Source: Acutalibacteraceae bacterium
Lineage (GTDB): Bacteria > Bacillota > Clostridia > Oscillospirales > Acutalibacteraceae
Length of the DNA stretch: 64,000 bases
Direction of reading: 5' to 3'
Assembly (NCBI GenBank): GCA_045592385.1
Contig: JAZNUP010000004.1
Coordinates: 1,856 to 65,855, forward strand
The notes beneath the pieces are model-generated. The model did not search any database and was not told the DNA's origin. It worked only from the letters and a program-made list of their open reading frames with translations. Positions 17,678 to 26,745 of this stretch are shown here, piece after piece; the first letter of the stretch is position 1, and every line of letters starts with the position of its first letter. The translations under genes and the position numbers were made by a program.

Positions 17678-18526
17678 ATGTGGAAATATAAGCTGTGCTT
17701 AGGAACAAGCGGTGCATTTCCTCTTTCTTTGTGTGAACAGGTGAGGCTGTTTCACCGCACGGGGTTTGAAGCGTTCTTTACGGAATGGAAGCAGGGCGAG
17801 GATTTAACTCAGCTTGCTGTGCTTGCAAAAGAACTCGGTATGATTTTTCAGTCGGTCCACGCTCCTTTTGGTAAATCGAGGGATATGTGGCACGGCGATG
17901 CCGAAAAGGCAGGGCAGGCTGTTGACGAGCTTATTATGTGCGTTGATGAATGTGCAAGGCAGGAAGTGCCGCTTATGGTAGCTCATGCGTTTATCGGATT
18001 TGAGGATCATACACCCACCGCACAAGGGCTTAAAAATTACGGAAAGGTAATAGAACACGCACGAAAAAAGGGCGTTAAAATCGCGTTTGAAAATACCGAG
18101 GGTGAGGAATACCTGGCGGTGCTGATGAATGAGTTTTCACAGTACGAAAACGTAGGATTCTGTTGGGATACGGGGCACGAGATGTGCTATAACCGCTCGC
18201 AGGATTTGTTGAAGCTCTACGGCGATAAACTGCTGTGCACCCATATAAACGACAACCTCGGTATAAGGGATTTTAACGGCAGAATAACTTATATTGATGA
18301 TTTGCACCTTCTGCCCTTTGACGGCATTGCAGATTGGGATGACGTAGCGTCAAGGCTTGATAATTGCGGATATGACGGTATTATGACGTTTGAACTTTCA
18401 ACCGTTTCCAAACCGGGCCGTTATGAAAACGATGTTTACCGCAATATGAAGTTTGAAGCTTATATTGCGGAGTGTTATAAGCGTGCCTGCCGCGTGGCGG
18501 CAAAGCGCAAAGGCTATAAAAGATAA
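17678..18526 (+). CDS. sugar phosphate isomerase/epimerase (xylose-isomerase-like TIM barrel)
   Basis: 282 aa with RBS AAAGGAG. Blocks QSVHAPF, KIAFENTEG and CWDTGHE are typical of AP-endonuclease-2/IolE-type TIM barrels. Confidence 0.7.
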   Translation: MWKYKLCLGTSGAFPLSLCEQVRLFHRTGFEAFFTEWKQGEDLTQLAVLAKELGMIFQSVHAPFGKSRDMWHGDAEKAGQAVDELIMCVDECARQEVPLMVAHAFIGFEDHTPTAQGLKNYGKVIEHARKKGVKIAFENTEGEEYLAVLMNEFSQYENVGFCWDTGHEMCYNRSQDLLKLYGDKLLCTHINDNLGIRDFNGRITYIDDLHLLPFDGIADWDDVASRLDNCGYDGIMTFELSTVSKPGRYENDVYRNMKFEAYIAECYKRACRVAAKRKGYKR

Positions 18527-18540
18527 GGGAGGAAAAACAA

Positions 18541-19599
18541 ATGGCACTTAAAGTAGGTATTATCGGTAACGGTGGAATCAGCCGTTGCCACGCAAAAGGA
18601 TACAAGGCACTGGGTGACAGAGTGGAGATTGTTGCCTGCTGCGATATCGTTGAGGAAAAAGCGAAGGCTTTTGCTGAAGAATTCGATGTTAAAAATTATT
18701 ACACCGATTGCAGGACGATGCTTGAAGAAAACGAGCTGGATCTTGTAAGCGTTTGCACCTGGAACAGCGCCCACGCAGAATGCACAATAGCGGCACTCAA
18801 CGCAGGCTGCAACGTAATATGCGAAAAGCCTATGGCAATGAATGCTCAGCAGGCTGTTGAAATGAAGGATGCGGCTGAGAAAAACGGCAAATTGCTTATG
18901 GTGGGCTTCGTCCGCCGTCAGGGTAACGATGCTGCCGCGGCAATTGATTTTATTGAAAAAGGCTACCTCGGAGACGTTTATTTTGCAAAGGCAACCTATC
19001 TTCGCCGTTGCGGTTTCCCCGGAGGCTGGTTTGGTAACAAGAGTCTTTCCGGCGGCGGTCCTCTCATCGACCTCGGTGTTCACGTTATAGATCTTACAAG
19101 ATATATTATGGGTAATCCCAAGCCCGTCACCGTTTTTGGCGCAACGTTTGATAAAATCGGTGCAAGAAGTCACATAAAGACTACTGCGTGGGAATCTGAA
19201 ACAGTGGTTGAAAAGCCGGTATTTGACGTTGAGGATCTTGCAGTAGCGATGATTCGCTTTGATAACGGAGCGGTTTTGCAGGTGGAAACCAGCTTTAATC
19301 TTAACACCAAATCATCAAGCGGAGATATTGAGCTGTTTGGCGATAAGGCGGGTCTTACCCTTGAGCCTTTTGAGCTTCATACCGAGTGTAACGGAAGAAT
19401 TGCCGATATTTCAATCAGCGGTGACAACGGCTTTGATTTTGACAGAGATTTCAACAGAGAAATCAAAAATTTTGTTGATGCCGTTGAGGGCAAAGCGCAG
19501 TGCATAGCCACAGCGGATGACGGTGTAGAGCTTATGAGAATACTGGATGCTGTTTATCTTTCGGCAAAAACAGGGAAATCTGTTGATATTGTAAGATAA
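18541..19599 (+). CDS. Gfo/Idh/MocA-family NAD(P)-dependent oxidoreductase
   Basis: 352 aa with RBS GGGAGG. Rossmann start KVGIIGNGGISRCHAKGY and the family EKPMA motif. Confidence 0.85.
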   Translation: MALKVGIIGNGGISRCHAKGYKALGDRVEIVACCDIVEEKAKAFAEEFDVKNYYTDCRTMLEENELDLVSVCTWNSAHAECTIAALNAGCNVICEKPMAMNAQQAVEMKDAAEKNGKLLMVGFVRRQGNDAAAAIDFIEKGYLGDVYFAKATYLRRCGFPGGWFGNKSLSGGGPLIDLGVHVIDLTRYIMGNPKPVTVFGATFDKIGARSHIKTTAWESETVVEKPVFDVEDLAVAMIRFDNGAVLQVETSFNLNTKSSSGDIELFGDKAGLTLEPFELHTECNGRIADISISGDNGFDFDRDFNREIKNFVDAVEGKAQCIATADDGVELMRILDAVYLSAKTGKSVDIVR

Positions 19600-19662
19600 C
19601 CGTTGATTTATCAAGAATTATGTTTTATTCTGTAATTAACAATTAGTCAAGGAGGTAACATT

Positions 19663-20109
19663 ATGTTTTGTACAAAGTGCGGTGCACAGCAGCCCGAAGG
19701 CGCAAACTTCTGCGAATTCTGCGGTACACCCGTAAGAGCGGTACAGCCCGAGCAGTCTGCACAGCCTGAACAGCCTGCACAGCCTGAACAACCCACACAG
19801 CCTGCTCCTGAGGTTAATAATCAGCAGCCGCCCGTGTATCAGCAGCCCCCTGTATATCAGCAGCCGGTTTACCAGCAGCCCGTGTATACACAGCCTCAGC
19901 CTCCCGTTGAAAGCAAAAATAAACTTGTGGCACTTCTTCTCTGCTTTTTCCTCGGAGCACTGGGTGTGCACAGATTCTACGTAGGCAAAATCGGCACAGG
20001 TGTTATCTGGCTGCTTACGGCAGGATTGTTCGGCTTCGGAGCACTGATTGATTTTATTATGATTCTTGTAGGTGCTTTCAAGGATTCAAACGGAAATAAA
20101 CTCGCATAA
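19663..20109 (+). CDS. zinc-ribbon / Pro-Gln repeat / TM2-domain membrane protein
   Basis: 148 aa with RBS AAGGAGG. N-terminal zinc ribbon CTKCG...CEFCG, a low-complexity repeat linker, and a C-terminal TM2-type segment [28 protein letters not shown]. Confidence 0.8.
   Translation: MFCTKCGAQQPEGANFCEFCGTPVRAVQPEQSAQPEQPAQPEQPTQPAPEVNNQQPPVYQQPPVYQQPVYQQPVYTQPQPPVESKNKLVALLLCFFLGALGVHRFYVGKIGTGVIWLLTAGLFGFGALIDFIMILVGAFKDSNGNKLA
19744..19887 (+). repeat. two in-frame coding tandem repeat arrays inside the TM2 gene
   Basis: An 18-nt unit occurs three times (CAGCCNGARCAG...; [18 protein letters not shown]) at 19744-19797. An 18/15-nt unit occurs four times ([22 protein letters not shown]) at 19822-19887. 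Confidence 0.9.
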
Positions 20110-20116
20110 AAATAAA

Positions 20117-20153
20117 CGCCCGCAGAAGCTTGGTTGCTTTTGCGGACGTTTTT
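20117..20153. terminator. bidirectional terminator between the TM2 gene and the convergent 650-aa gene
   Basis: CCGCAGAAGC-TTGGTT-GCTTTTGCGG (one G-U). On plus it is followed by ACGTTTTTTTA; on minus by a U-rich tract. Confidence 0.65.
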
Positions 20154-22100
20154 TTATTGGATTATCAGTTTTAATTCTCTGCCGCATTCAGGCAGGTCAA
20201 CGGTTACGTTACCGCAAGGCGCATCACCGCTGAGGGTTACGATTCTTTGGGTTGCGGTTACGGTTATATCAAGGTCAATCCGTTTAAGGGATGAAAGGGG
20301 ATATTTTTTAACGGCTATGCGGGCGCCGTCATATATCCACTCGGAGGGGATACCTCTGCCTATGATAATATCACCGTTTGCTTTTTCGCATATTATGGAG
20401 TCAAACAACACTTTTGTTGCGGTTGACTGCCCCCATATATGCTGGCAGGAGCCGCCTCCGCCTGCGGCGTGAGGAATGCTCCACGGCGATTTTTCATCAG
20501 GGTAATCAATGCCCTCCCACCAGGAGAAGGGGCCTGACTGTGCCTGCTCAATCATAAACTGATATGCTTTTATTCCACAGTCACGGTATTTGTCGCCTCT
20601 GAGGGCGGCACCGCCGTAGCCGGCATTATAGGCACTGCAGAAATATCCGTGCGGATATCCGCCGAAGTTATAGATGCTGTTGCTTATATTTTTTCTGCGT
20701 TCAAAGCCGTGGGTGTAGGTTTCATCAATTAAATCAAGGCTTACTCCGTACTGCTTTGCACCGAAAAGATATCCGTCCCACGCCCAGCGTCCGAAAAGGA
20801 ACATCGAAGCCCAGTTTGCATCCCTCGGGTCACTCCTCGGGCCTGCCTCATTAGGTTCGGTAACGGAGATGGGGATATAGTTTATGCCGTTATCGCTGAG
20901 CGTTTTTTCAAGCCGTGAATTCAATGCATCAAGCAGTGAGTTATACTCTTTCTCAGCCCACTCGACCTCAGCTTCTTCTGAAAGATTTTCGCATATATAA
21001 CGGTAGCAGCAAAGTCCCGTAAGGGCAGACCAGTTGTCTATGGTCCAGTTGCCGTGCGAGTCGATTGCGTTTGATTTTTTGATTATTGAATCGGGTGCTT
21101 CACGGGATTCGGCAACAAAGCGTGCGTTTTCTTTAATATCCCTGAAGTTTTCGCGGATATAGCTTATATCGCCTGTTTTTTGCAGGTAAAGGGCGAAAAA
21201 CCAGCTGTATTTCCAACGTGCATCTGGATACTGGATATTCTTGAGAATGTGCTTCGCGTACTCTTTTAAATCCTTGAAATCGCCTACGGTAACAAGAGAA
21301 GCGAGAATTCCTATAATGTCGTGGTCAAATACTCTGTCATATCCGTTTTCGCCAACGTGAAGCTCAGTGCCGTCCTTTACAATCATTGTGTAAATATAGC
21401 CTGCTTTATAAGCGTTGATGAGCCTTTCGTCGGGGAGATGAGTAATCTCTGCAAGAGGCTCAAGTCTTTTAAGCCAATACTCTTTCATGCTGATGTAATG
21501 TTCGTCAAAGCCGCCTGCACGGGCGATTTCTTCGTTGTCGGGGTAGGGATACTTTCCGCTGAAACGGTCAGCGCCTACCGCATAATCCCTTATCACTGCT
21601 TTGCCTGCACCCACCGTTTTGGGGCATTCGGTTAACGGGATAAGCATAGATGAAACCTTTGGCAGGGTCTTTTCTTCATCTGAAAGGTTTACCGCTGTTA
21701 TGCGAGAATACGCTATCACGTAATCGTTAGAATTAACGGTTACTTTGTCGGCAAAATTCTCTATTGTATATTTTACGCAATCCTTTTCCATTTCGCTTAC
21801 AAAGCAGGGCAGGAAGCCTTCTTTATTGTACCAGTTTATTTTACCTTCAGGGGCAGAGATGCCGAAGGTTATGAAGGTGTGATTTCTGTCACGCAGAAGA
21901 TAACTTCCGTCAATAAAAGCAATGGGCGCGTCTTTGTCACCCTCAAAGCCGAAGCAGGCGGTAAGTTCAGGAAAACGCTTGCAGGCATAGCCGCTTTTTC
22001 CTATAAGACCTTTTTTGAAAGAAACTCTCAGCTTGTTGGTAAGCTTGAAGTACACTGCGGCAATATTGGAAAACAGAGGCTTTTTTTCTTTTTCGGGCAT
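20154..22100 (-). CDS. cytoplasmic protein of unknown family, possibly an (alpha/alpha)6-barrel glycoside-hydrolase-like enzyme
   Basis: The ORF runs to 22106, but the ATG at 22100 (MPEKEKK) has better spacing, 7 nt after GGAGG. No signal peptide. The C-terminal half (WASMFLFGRWAWDGY, FGGYPHGYF, SCQHIWGQS) is reminiscent of six-hairpin glycosidases. The function call is weak. Confidence 0.3.
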   Translation of the reverse strand: MPEKEKKPLFSNIAAVYFKLTNKLRVSFKKGLIGKSGYACKRFPELTACFGFEGDKDAPIAFIDGSYLLRDRNHTFITFGISAPEGKINWYNKEGFLPCFVSEMEKDCVKYTIENFADKVTVNSNDYVIAYSRITAVNLSDEEKTLPKVSSMLIPLTECPKTVGAGKAVIRDYAVGADRFSGKYPYPDNEEIARAGGFDEHYISMKEYWLKRLEPLAEITHLPDERLINAYKAGYIYTMIVKDGTELHVGENGYDRVFDHDIIGILASLVTVGDFKDLKEYAKHILKNIQYPDARWKYSWFFALYLQKTGDISYIRENFRDIKENARFVAESREAPDSIIKKSNAIDSHGNWTIDNWSALTGLCCYRYICENLSEEAEVEWAEKEYNSLLDALNSRLEKTLSDNGINYIPISVTEPNEAGPRSDPRDANWASMFLFGRWAWDGYLFGAKQYGVSLDLIDETYTHGFERRKNISNSIYNFGGYPHGYFCSAYNAGYGGAALRGDKYRDCGIKAYQFMIEQAQSGPFSWWEGIDYPDEKSPWSIPHAAGGGGSCQHIWGQSTATKVLFDSIICEKANGDIIIGRGIPSEWIYDGARIAVKKYPLSSLKRIDLDITVTATQRIVTLSGDAPCGNVTVDLPECGRELKLIIQ

Positions 22101-22217
22101 TTTCATTCCTCCCGTGTATTTGATAATTTTATTTTAAATTCCTGTTATAAAAAAGTCAACAGTATTGATTTTTTAATGCACACTATGATAATATATTTTT
22201 AAGAAAGGTGTGATTTT

Positions 22218-23156
22218 ATGAAAGCGGTTTCCAAAATTTTCACCGCCGCAGGTGCCGTTACGGCATTTGCTGCAGTTACGGGTGCGGTTGCTTATTGTCA
22301 CGCCATTGTGCCCAAAAGAGTACCTAAAACACCTACGGATGAAAAAAGAATAGCACGCATTGATATAAGAAAACGCAATAACGATTATCTTTATTCTCAT
22401 AATCCTGAGGATTTGGAGCTTGTTAGCGACGGGCTTAAATTAAAAACGTGGTTTGTGCCTGCAAAGGAGCCGTCAAAGCGTTTTGTGATATGCATTCACG
22501 GCTATAACTGCAACGGTCCCGATGAATGCAGCCATCTTTTCGGCTTTTATCACGACGTGCTCGGTTACAACTATTTCCTGCCGGACCTCAGAGGCCACGG
22601 AAGAAGCGAGGGCAATGCCGTCGGCTTCGGTGCGCTTGACAGTAAGGATATAAAGCTGTGGATTGATTATCTTGTAAACCGCTTCGGTGAGGATATTGAG
22701 ATTATTATTCACGGTATTTCTATGGGTGCGGCAACAGCAATGCTCGTGAATTCGCAGAATCCTCAGCCGCAGGTAAAGCTTATAATTGAGGATTGCGGCT
22801 TTACCAATGCGCTTGAGGAAATGATGAGCACAGTAAAGGCTGCCGCAGGCTACGGATTTCCGCTTGTGATGAATCTCGGCAATATTTTCTGCCGCCTTAT
22901 CGCAGGATATGACCTCAAGAAGGATGCCGACCCTTTGGGTAAAATGAAGTATGCCGTAAATCCCGTTTTGTTCATACACGGCAGTGAAGATACCTTTGTG
23001 CCTACCTATATGTGCCACAAGCTTTATGATGCCTGCCCCACACCTAAGGATAAGCTGATAGTTGAGGGTGCAATGCACGCTTACAGCTACTATGACGGCA
23101 AGGAAGAGTATGAAAAGAAAGTAACGGAATTCATTGATAAACACATAGGATTATAA
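22218..23156 (+). CDS. membrane-anchored alpha/beta hydrolase
   Basis: 312 aa with an N-terminal hydrophobic segment. Contains VICIHGYNCNG, nucleophile elbow GISMGA, FIHGSEDTFVP (Asp) and GAMHAYSY (His). Confidence 0.8.
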   Translation: MKAVSKIFTAAGAVTAFAAVTGAVAYCHAIVPKRVPKTPTDEKRIARIDIRKRNNDYLYSHNPEDLELVSDGLKLKTWFVPAKEPSKRFVICIHGYNCNGPDECSHLFGFYHDVLGYNYFLPDLRGHGRSEGNAVGFGALDSKDIKLWIDYLVNRFGEDIEIIIHGISMGAATAMLVNSQNPQPQVKLIIEDCGFTNALEEMMSTVKAAAGYGFPLVMNLGNIFCRLIAGYDLKKDADPLGKMKYAVNPVLFIHGSEDTFVPTYMCHKLYDACPTPKDKLIVEGAMHAYSYYDGKEEYEKKVTEFIDKHIGL

Positions 23157-23162
23157 AAGAGT

Positions 23163-23195
23163 GAGCACCGCAGGTTTCCCTGCGGTGCTCTTTTT
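23163..23195 (+). terminator. intrinsic terminator
   Basis: Perfect 12-bp stem GAGCACCGCAGG-TTTC-CCTGCGGTGCTC followed by TTTTT. Confidence 0.8.
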
Positions 23196-23220
23196 GTGAA
23201 GCAACAATTAAACTGAAGTA

Positions 23221-25881
23221 TTACTGATTAAGTGGCAGACGTACGGTTGCTTTGAATAAATCGCCGTCAATGGTGAGCAACAGCTCGCCGCCCTGGAGTG
23301 CGCACAGGTCACGGGCAATGGAAAGTCCGAGTCCGTTTCCGCCGTCCGTCCTTGAGGAGTCGCCTCTTACAAAGCGCTCCGTAAGCTCATCTGCGGTAAT
23401 GTTGAGGCAATCCCTTGAAATATTCTTAATTTCAAATATGCCGAAGCTTTCATCACGGGAAACGCTGATATAAACCCTTGAAAACGGAGCGGAATACTTG
23501 CTTGCATTTGAGAGCAGATTGTCAATAATGCGGTAGGTTTTCTGGCTGTCCGCAAAAACGATAACTGCTTCTTCGCTTACGTTGAGCTTTACGTCGAGGT
23601 TTAACTGCTCAAAGCTTTCTGCGCTTTCGCCAACTGCCTGCAACGTAAGCTCGCAGAGGTTGAGCGCCGCCTTGTTGAGATTTATAGTGCCTGCGGAAGC
23701 CTTTGATGCCTCCACAAGGTCCTCAATAAGGCTCTTCAATCTTGCCGATTTTTCGTCGAGCACGTTGAGGTAACCCAGCGCGGTTTCGTCGTTTATATCG
23801 CATTTTTTGAGCAGGTCAACGTAGTTTATAACCGCGGTGAGCGGAGTCTTGAGGTCGTGCGAAACGTTGGTGATAAGCTCGGTTTTCATACGCTCATCCT
23901 TGGTTGCGGTTTCTATTGCTCTTTCAAGTTCTTCGCGGTTGAAGCGAAGTCCGCTTTCGAGCATTCTGAGGGATTCGTCGCAGCCAATAAGCTCTGCAGG
24001 ATTGGGCGTTGTATGCTCGCAGGCGCAGCAGATAAGAGTATCAAGCTGCTGAATGTAGCGGAGAACCTTGCGTATAACAAAGAAATTGAATACCGCCACT
24101 GCGGCAAAAACTAATAAGGAAACAACAGTTAATCTCCAGAATAAAATGCCGCCTGCAAGCAGGAGAATAAGGTTGATTGCAAAGTAAACCGCAAGCTGTA
24201 TGAAGAATTTCTTTTTGAACTGACGGGGCTTGTATTCAAAAAGTCTCTTTATATCACAGAAGATTTTCTTTACCGGATTTTTGATTTTGCGGAAAATAAA
24301 GCTGATAATTCTTACAACGGTAAAGTGTCCGAACCAGCTTTTTCCTGCACGCTTTATGCGTACGGTTGAGCAAAGCCACTCCATAAAAACAAGAGAGGAA
24401 AGCGCGAAGAGTGTGCACGTAATAACGTGGGGCAAGGGTGTGTATTCAAGCCCTTCAAGCTGACGGAACATCGGCATACCGATATACGTTGTGCCGGCTA
24501 TAAAGGCGCCGGAAAGCAGAGCGAACATCAGCCCCGCGCTTATAATAAGATGAATATCAGTGGGCAGCTTGTCGATAAACGAAAGCCTGACACCGTCCTC
24601 TGTGTTGCTCAGTCCGCTGCCCTTCGCTGCAAGAATTATGAATATAAGGCAGGCAATAAGGAGCAGTACGGCCATAACAAACCAGCTCACGCAGCCGTTG
24701 TAGCAATCGTAATCGTTAAAGAAGGTCTGAGCCCTTGTAAGCAGGGATTCATAGTTTGCAGCGGGTGAGTGATAAATGATAACGTCAATTCCGTTGTTGT
24801 CAACAAAGGAGCCCGGGCCGAAATATGAAGAAAGATTACCTGTGTTGAAATACTCGTTTACAATAGAAAACGCAGAATCGGTTATTCCGCTGTATCTGAG
24901 TTCACCGCCGTCATAAATGATGTAAAAGCTGTCGTTTTCAACGGTCTGTGCAGTGACAGAAGGGTCGGCGGTAGCAAAGAGGATTTCCATAGTTGCTCTG
25001 TCTCTGAAGCAGCAAAGAATTTCGGGATACTTTCTCAGCCTTGCTTCAGCAGATTTTGCGTAGGATTTTTCGCTGTCATACCAGAAAATATGGTCATTGT
25101 CATATTGAGCTGAAAAGTCTTTTCTTATTTCGCTTTCGGTGTAATTGAAGCTTCCTTCATATAAATAACCGTTAGCGTACTCGCCTGAATTGAGCTGTAT
25201 TTTGTAATTAAAGTTGAAACTGTCGAAAAACGCTTCGTCCCTTACAAGATGCTCATACGCAAGGAAATCAAGACCGCTCGAGTTTTCAAGAGCTGTTTTC
25301 GCCTCTTTGAGTGCTGCGGAAGCATCAGAGGGGAGAATGATTACGGTCTTGTTGGCTGTTGTTACGGTTTCGGAAGTGGAATAATCTTCTGTAACGGTAT
25401 TCCCTTCGTTTGCAACGTAAACCTCACTCATCTCTTCAAAGAAAGCGGTTGTAGCCTCGTCGTGAGGAAAAGTAGTGGTTTCGTATTCGCCGGGCAGGGC
25501 GTATTCCGTGCCTGCGTTGTTTACCGCATACCTGAGCTCATTTTCAATGATTTTTGCTTTCTTTTCAAGGAATTCATTGGTTGCGGCATCAACAATCTGA
25601 GCCTTGCTGTTGCACCATGCAAGATTGTTTTCTTCAAGCTCATAGGAAGTAATCAGCCTTACTGCGCTGCTCATATATTCGCTCAGGGCACGCACGAAAA
25701 CGCCGCTTTCGTAAAAGTTGTTGCAGCCCTCGGTTATTGACGCAACAGTAGAGCAGACGTAAATTTTTGCCGCTCCGACTGCCGCCGTGCATGCGCCTGC
25801 AAAAGCAAAAATCACCGCAAGGAAAACGCATATTGCTTTAAAAACAGGGCTTTTACTTAATTTTTTCGATTTTGTAGCCAA
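23221..25881 (-). CDS. sensor histidine kinase with a ~390-aa extracytoplasmic domain and a multi-helix membrane block
   Basis: 886 aa. H-box SHDLKTPLT, N-box LLSNASKY, G-boxes GGNGLGLSIA. The TTG start overlaps the response-regulator gene by 29 nt. Confidence 0.9.
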   Translation of the reverse strand: MATKSKKLSKSPVFKAICVFLAVIFAFAGACTAAVGAAKIYVCSTVASITEGCNNFYESGVFVRALSEYMSSAVRLITSYELEENNLAWCNSKAQIVDAATNEFLEKKAKIIENELRYAVNNAGTEYALPGEYETTTFPHDEATTAFFEEMSEVYVANEGNTVTEDYSTSETVTTANKTVIILPSDASAALKEAKTALENSSGLDFLAYEHLVRDEAFFDSFNFNYKIQLNSGEYANGYLYEGSFNYTESEIRKDFSAQYDNDHIFWYDSEKSYAKSAEARLRKYPEILCCFRDRATMEILFATADPSVTAQTVENDSFYIIYDGGELRYSGITDSAFSIVNEYFNTGNLSSYFGPGSFVDNNGIDVIIYHSPAANYESLLTRAQTFFNDYDCYNGCVSWFVMAVLLLIACLIFIILAAKGSGLSNTEDGVRLSFIDKLPTDIHLIISAGLMFALLSGAFIAGTTYIGMPMFRQLEGLEYTPLPHVITCTLFALSSLVFMEWLCSTVRIKRAGKSWFGHFTVVRIISFIFRKIKNPVKKIFCDIKRLFEYKPRQFKKKFFIQLAVYFAINLILLLAGGILFWRLTVVSLLVFAAVAVFNFFVIRKVLRYIQQLDTLICCACEHTTPNPAELIGCDESLRMLESGLRFNREELERAIETATKDERMKTELITNVSHDLKTPLTAVINYVDLLKKCDINDETALGYLNVLDEKSARLKSLIEDLVEASKASAGTINLNKAALNLCELTLQAVGESAESFEQLNLDVKLNVSEEAVIVFADSQKTYRIIDNLLSNASKYSAPFSRVYISVSRDESFGIFEIKNISRDCLNITADELTERFVRGDSSRTDGGNGLGLSIARDLCALQGGELLLTIDGDLFKATVRLPLNQ

Positions 25882-26545
25882 TTCCCCACACCACCTTTAA
25901 ATATTTCGGGTTTTTTGGGTCGATTTCAATTTTTTCTCTGATTTTTCGGATGTGAACGGTTACCGTTTTGTCGCTGGTATATGACGGCTCGTTCCACACC
26001 GCCTCGTAAATCTGCGAGGTGGAAAGCACTCTGCCCATATTCTGCATAAGATGCTCAAGGATTCCGTATTCACGGGCGGTGAGTCTTACGGGGTCTCCGT
26101 CAAGGGTTACAAGCTTACTCTCCGTATCGAGTGAGAGCGAACCCGTGGTGAGCAGAGTTTCCTTTACCGTCATACTGCCGAGAGAAGTGTAGCGCCTTAT
26201 CTGGGAGCGCACTCTTGCGGTAAGCTCAAGGGGATTGAAGGGCTTTGTTATGTAATCGTCAGCGCCGAAGTTGAGTCCCGAAATTTTATCGGTATCTTCA
26301 CTTTTTGCCGAAAGCATAATGATTGGAATATTGTGCTTCTCGCGTATTTTAAGCGTAGCCCCCATTCCGTCAAGAAGCGGCATCATTATGTCAAGCACAA
26401 TGCAGTGAACCTCGTTTTCGTTAACAAGCTGCACTGCCTCAGCCCCGTTTTGTGCTTTAAGTACCTCATAGCCTTCCAGCTTGAGATACACCTCGATTGA
26501 ATCGAGAATTGCCTTGTCATCGTCGCAGACGAGTACACGGTACAT
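25853..26545 (-). CDS. OmpR-family response regulator
   Basis: 230 aa. Receiver domain (VLVCDDD, LDIMMP, SAKSE) and a winged-helix output ending VWGIGYKI. Confidence 0.92.
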   Translation of the reverse strand: MYRVLVCDDDKAILDSIEVYLKLEGYEVLKAQNGAEAVQLVNENEVHCIVLDIMMPLLDGMGATLKIREKHNIPIIMLSAKSEDTDKISGLNFGADDYITKPFNPLELTARVRSQIRRYTSLGSMTVKETLLTTGSLSLDTESKLVTLDGDPVRLTAREYGILEHLMQNMGRVLSTSQIYEAVWNEPSYTSDKTVTVHIRKIREKIEIDPKNPKYLKVVWGIGYKIEKIK

Positions 26546-26615
26546 TTCTTCATCTCCTGTTCGTTGAATATCAGAGAAATATCACCCGATGGCTATATTA
26601 AAACACGCCAAAGTA

Positions 26616-26680
26616 AAGAATCGGGAAGTAAATTTATTAAGAATCGGTAAAGATTTAATTTTATTATACCGCTTACCGAT
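26616..26680. promoter_or_regulatory. three copies of ATCGG(G/T)AA upstream of the two-component operon (candidate regulator binding sites)
   Basis: AAGAATCGGGAA at 26616-26627 and AAGAATCGGTAA at 26639-26650 are direct copies 23 nt apart. An inverted copy TTACCGAT lies at 26673-26680. Confidence 0.35.
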
Positions 26681-26693
26681 GTAAAAAACAACA

Positions 26694-26731
26694 TAAAAAG
26701 ACCTGCACGGAATTATTTACCGCGCAGGTCT
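26694..26731 (-). terminator. intrinsic terminator downstream of the 26746-28659 gene
   Basis: The minus-strand RNA forms AGACCUGCGCGG-loop-CCGUGCAGGUCU (12 bp, one G-U) followed by UUUUAU. Confidence 0.7.
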
Positions 26732-26745
26732 TTGGAATTATGAAA

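Noticed and set aside
19744-19887. Short tandem repeats that could be mistaken for a CRISPR-like or satellite array.
   Set aside because: The units are 15-18 nt, contiguous without spacers, and in frame inside a well-supported ORF. They are a coding low-complexity linker.
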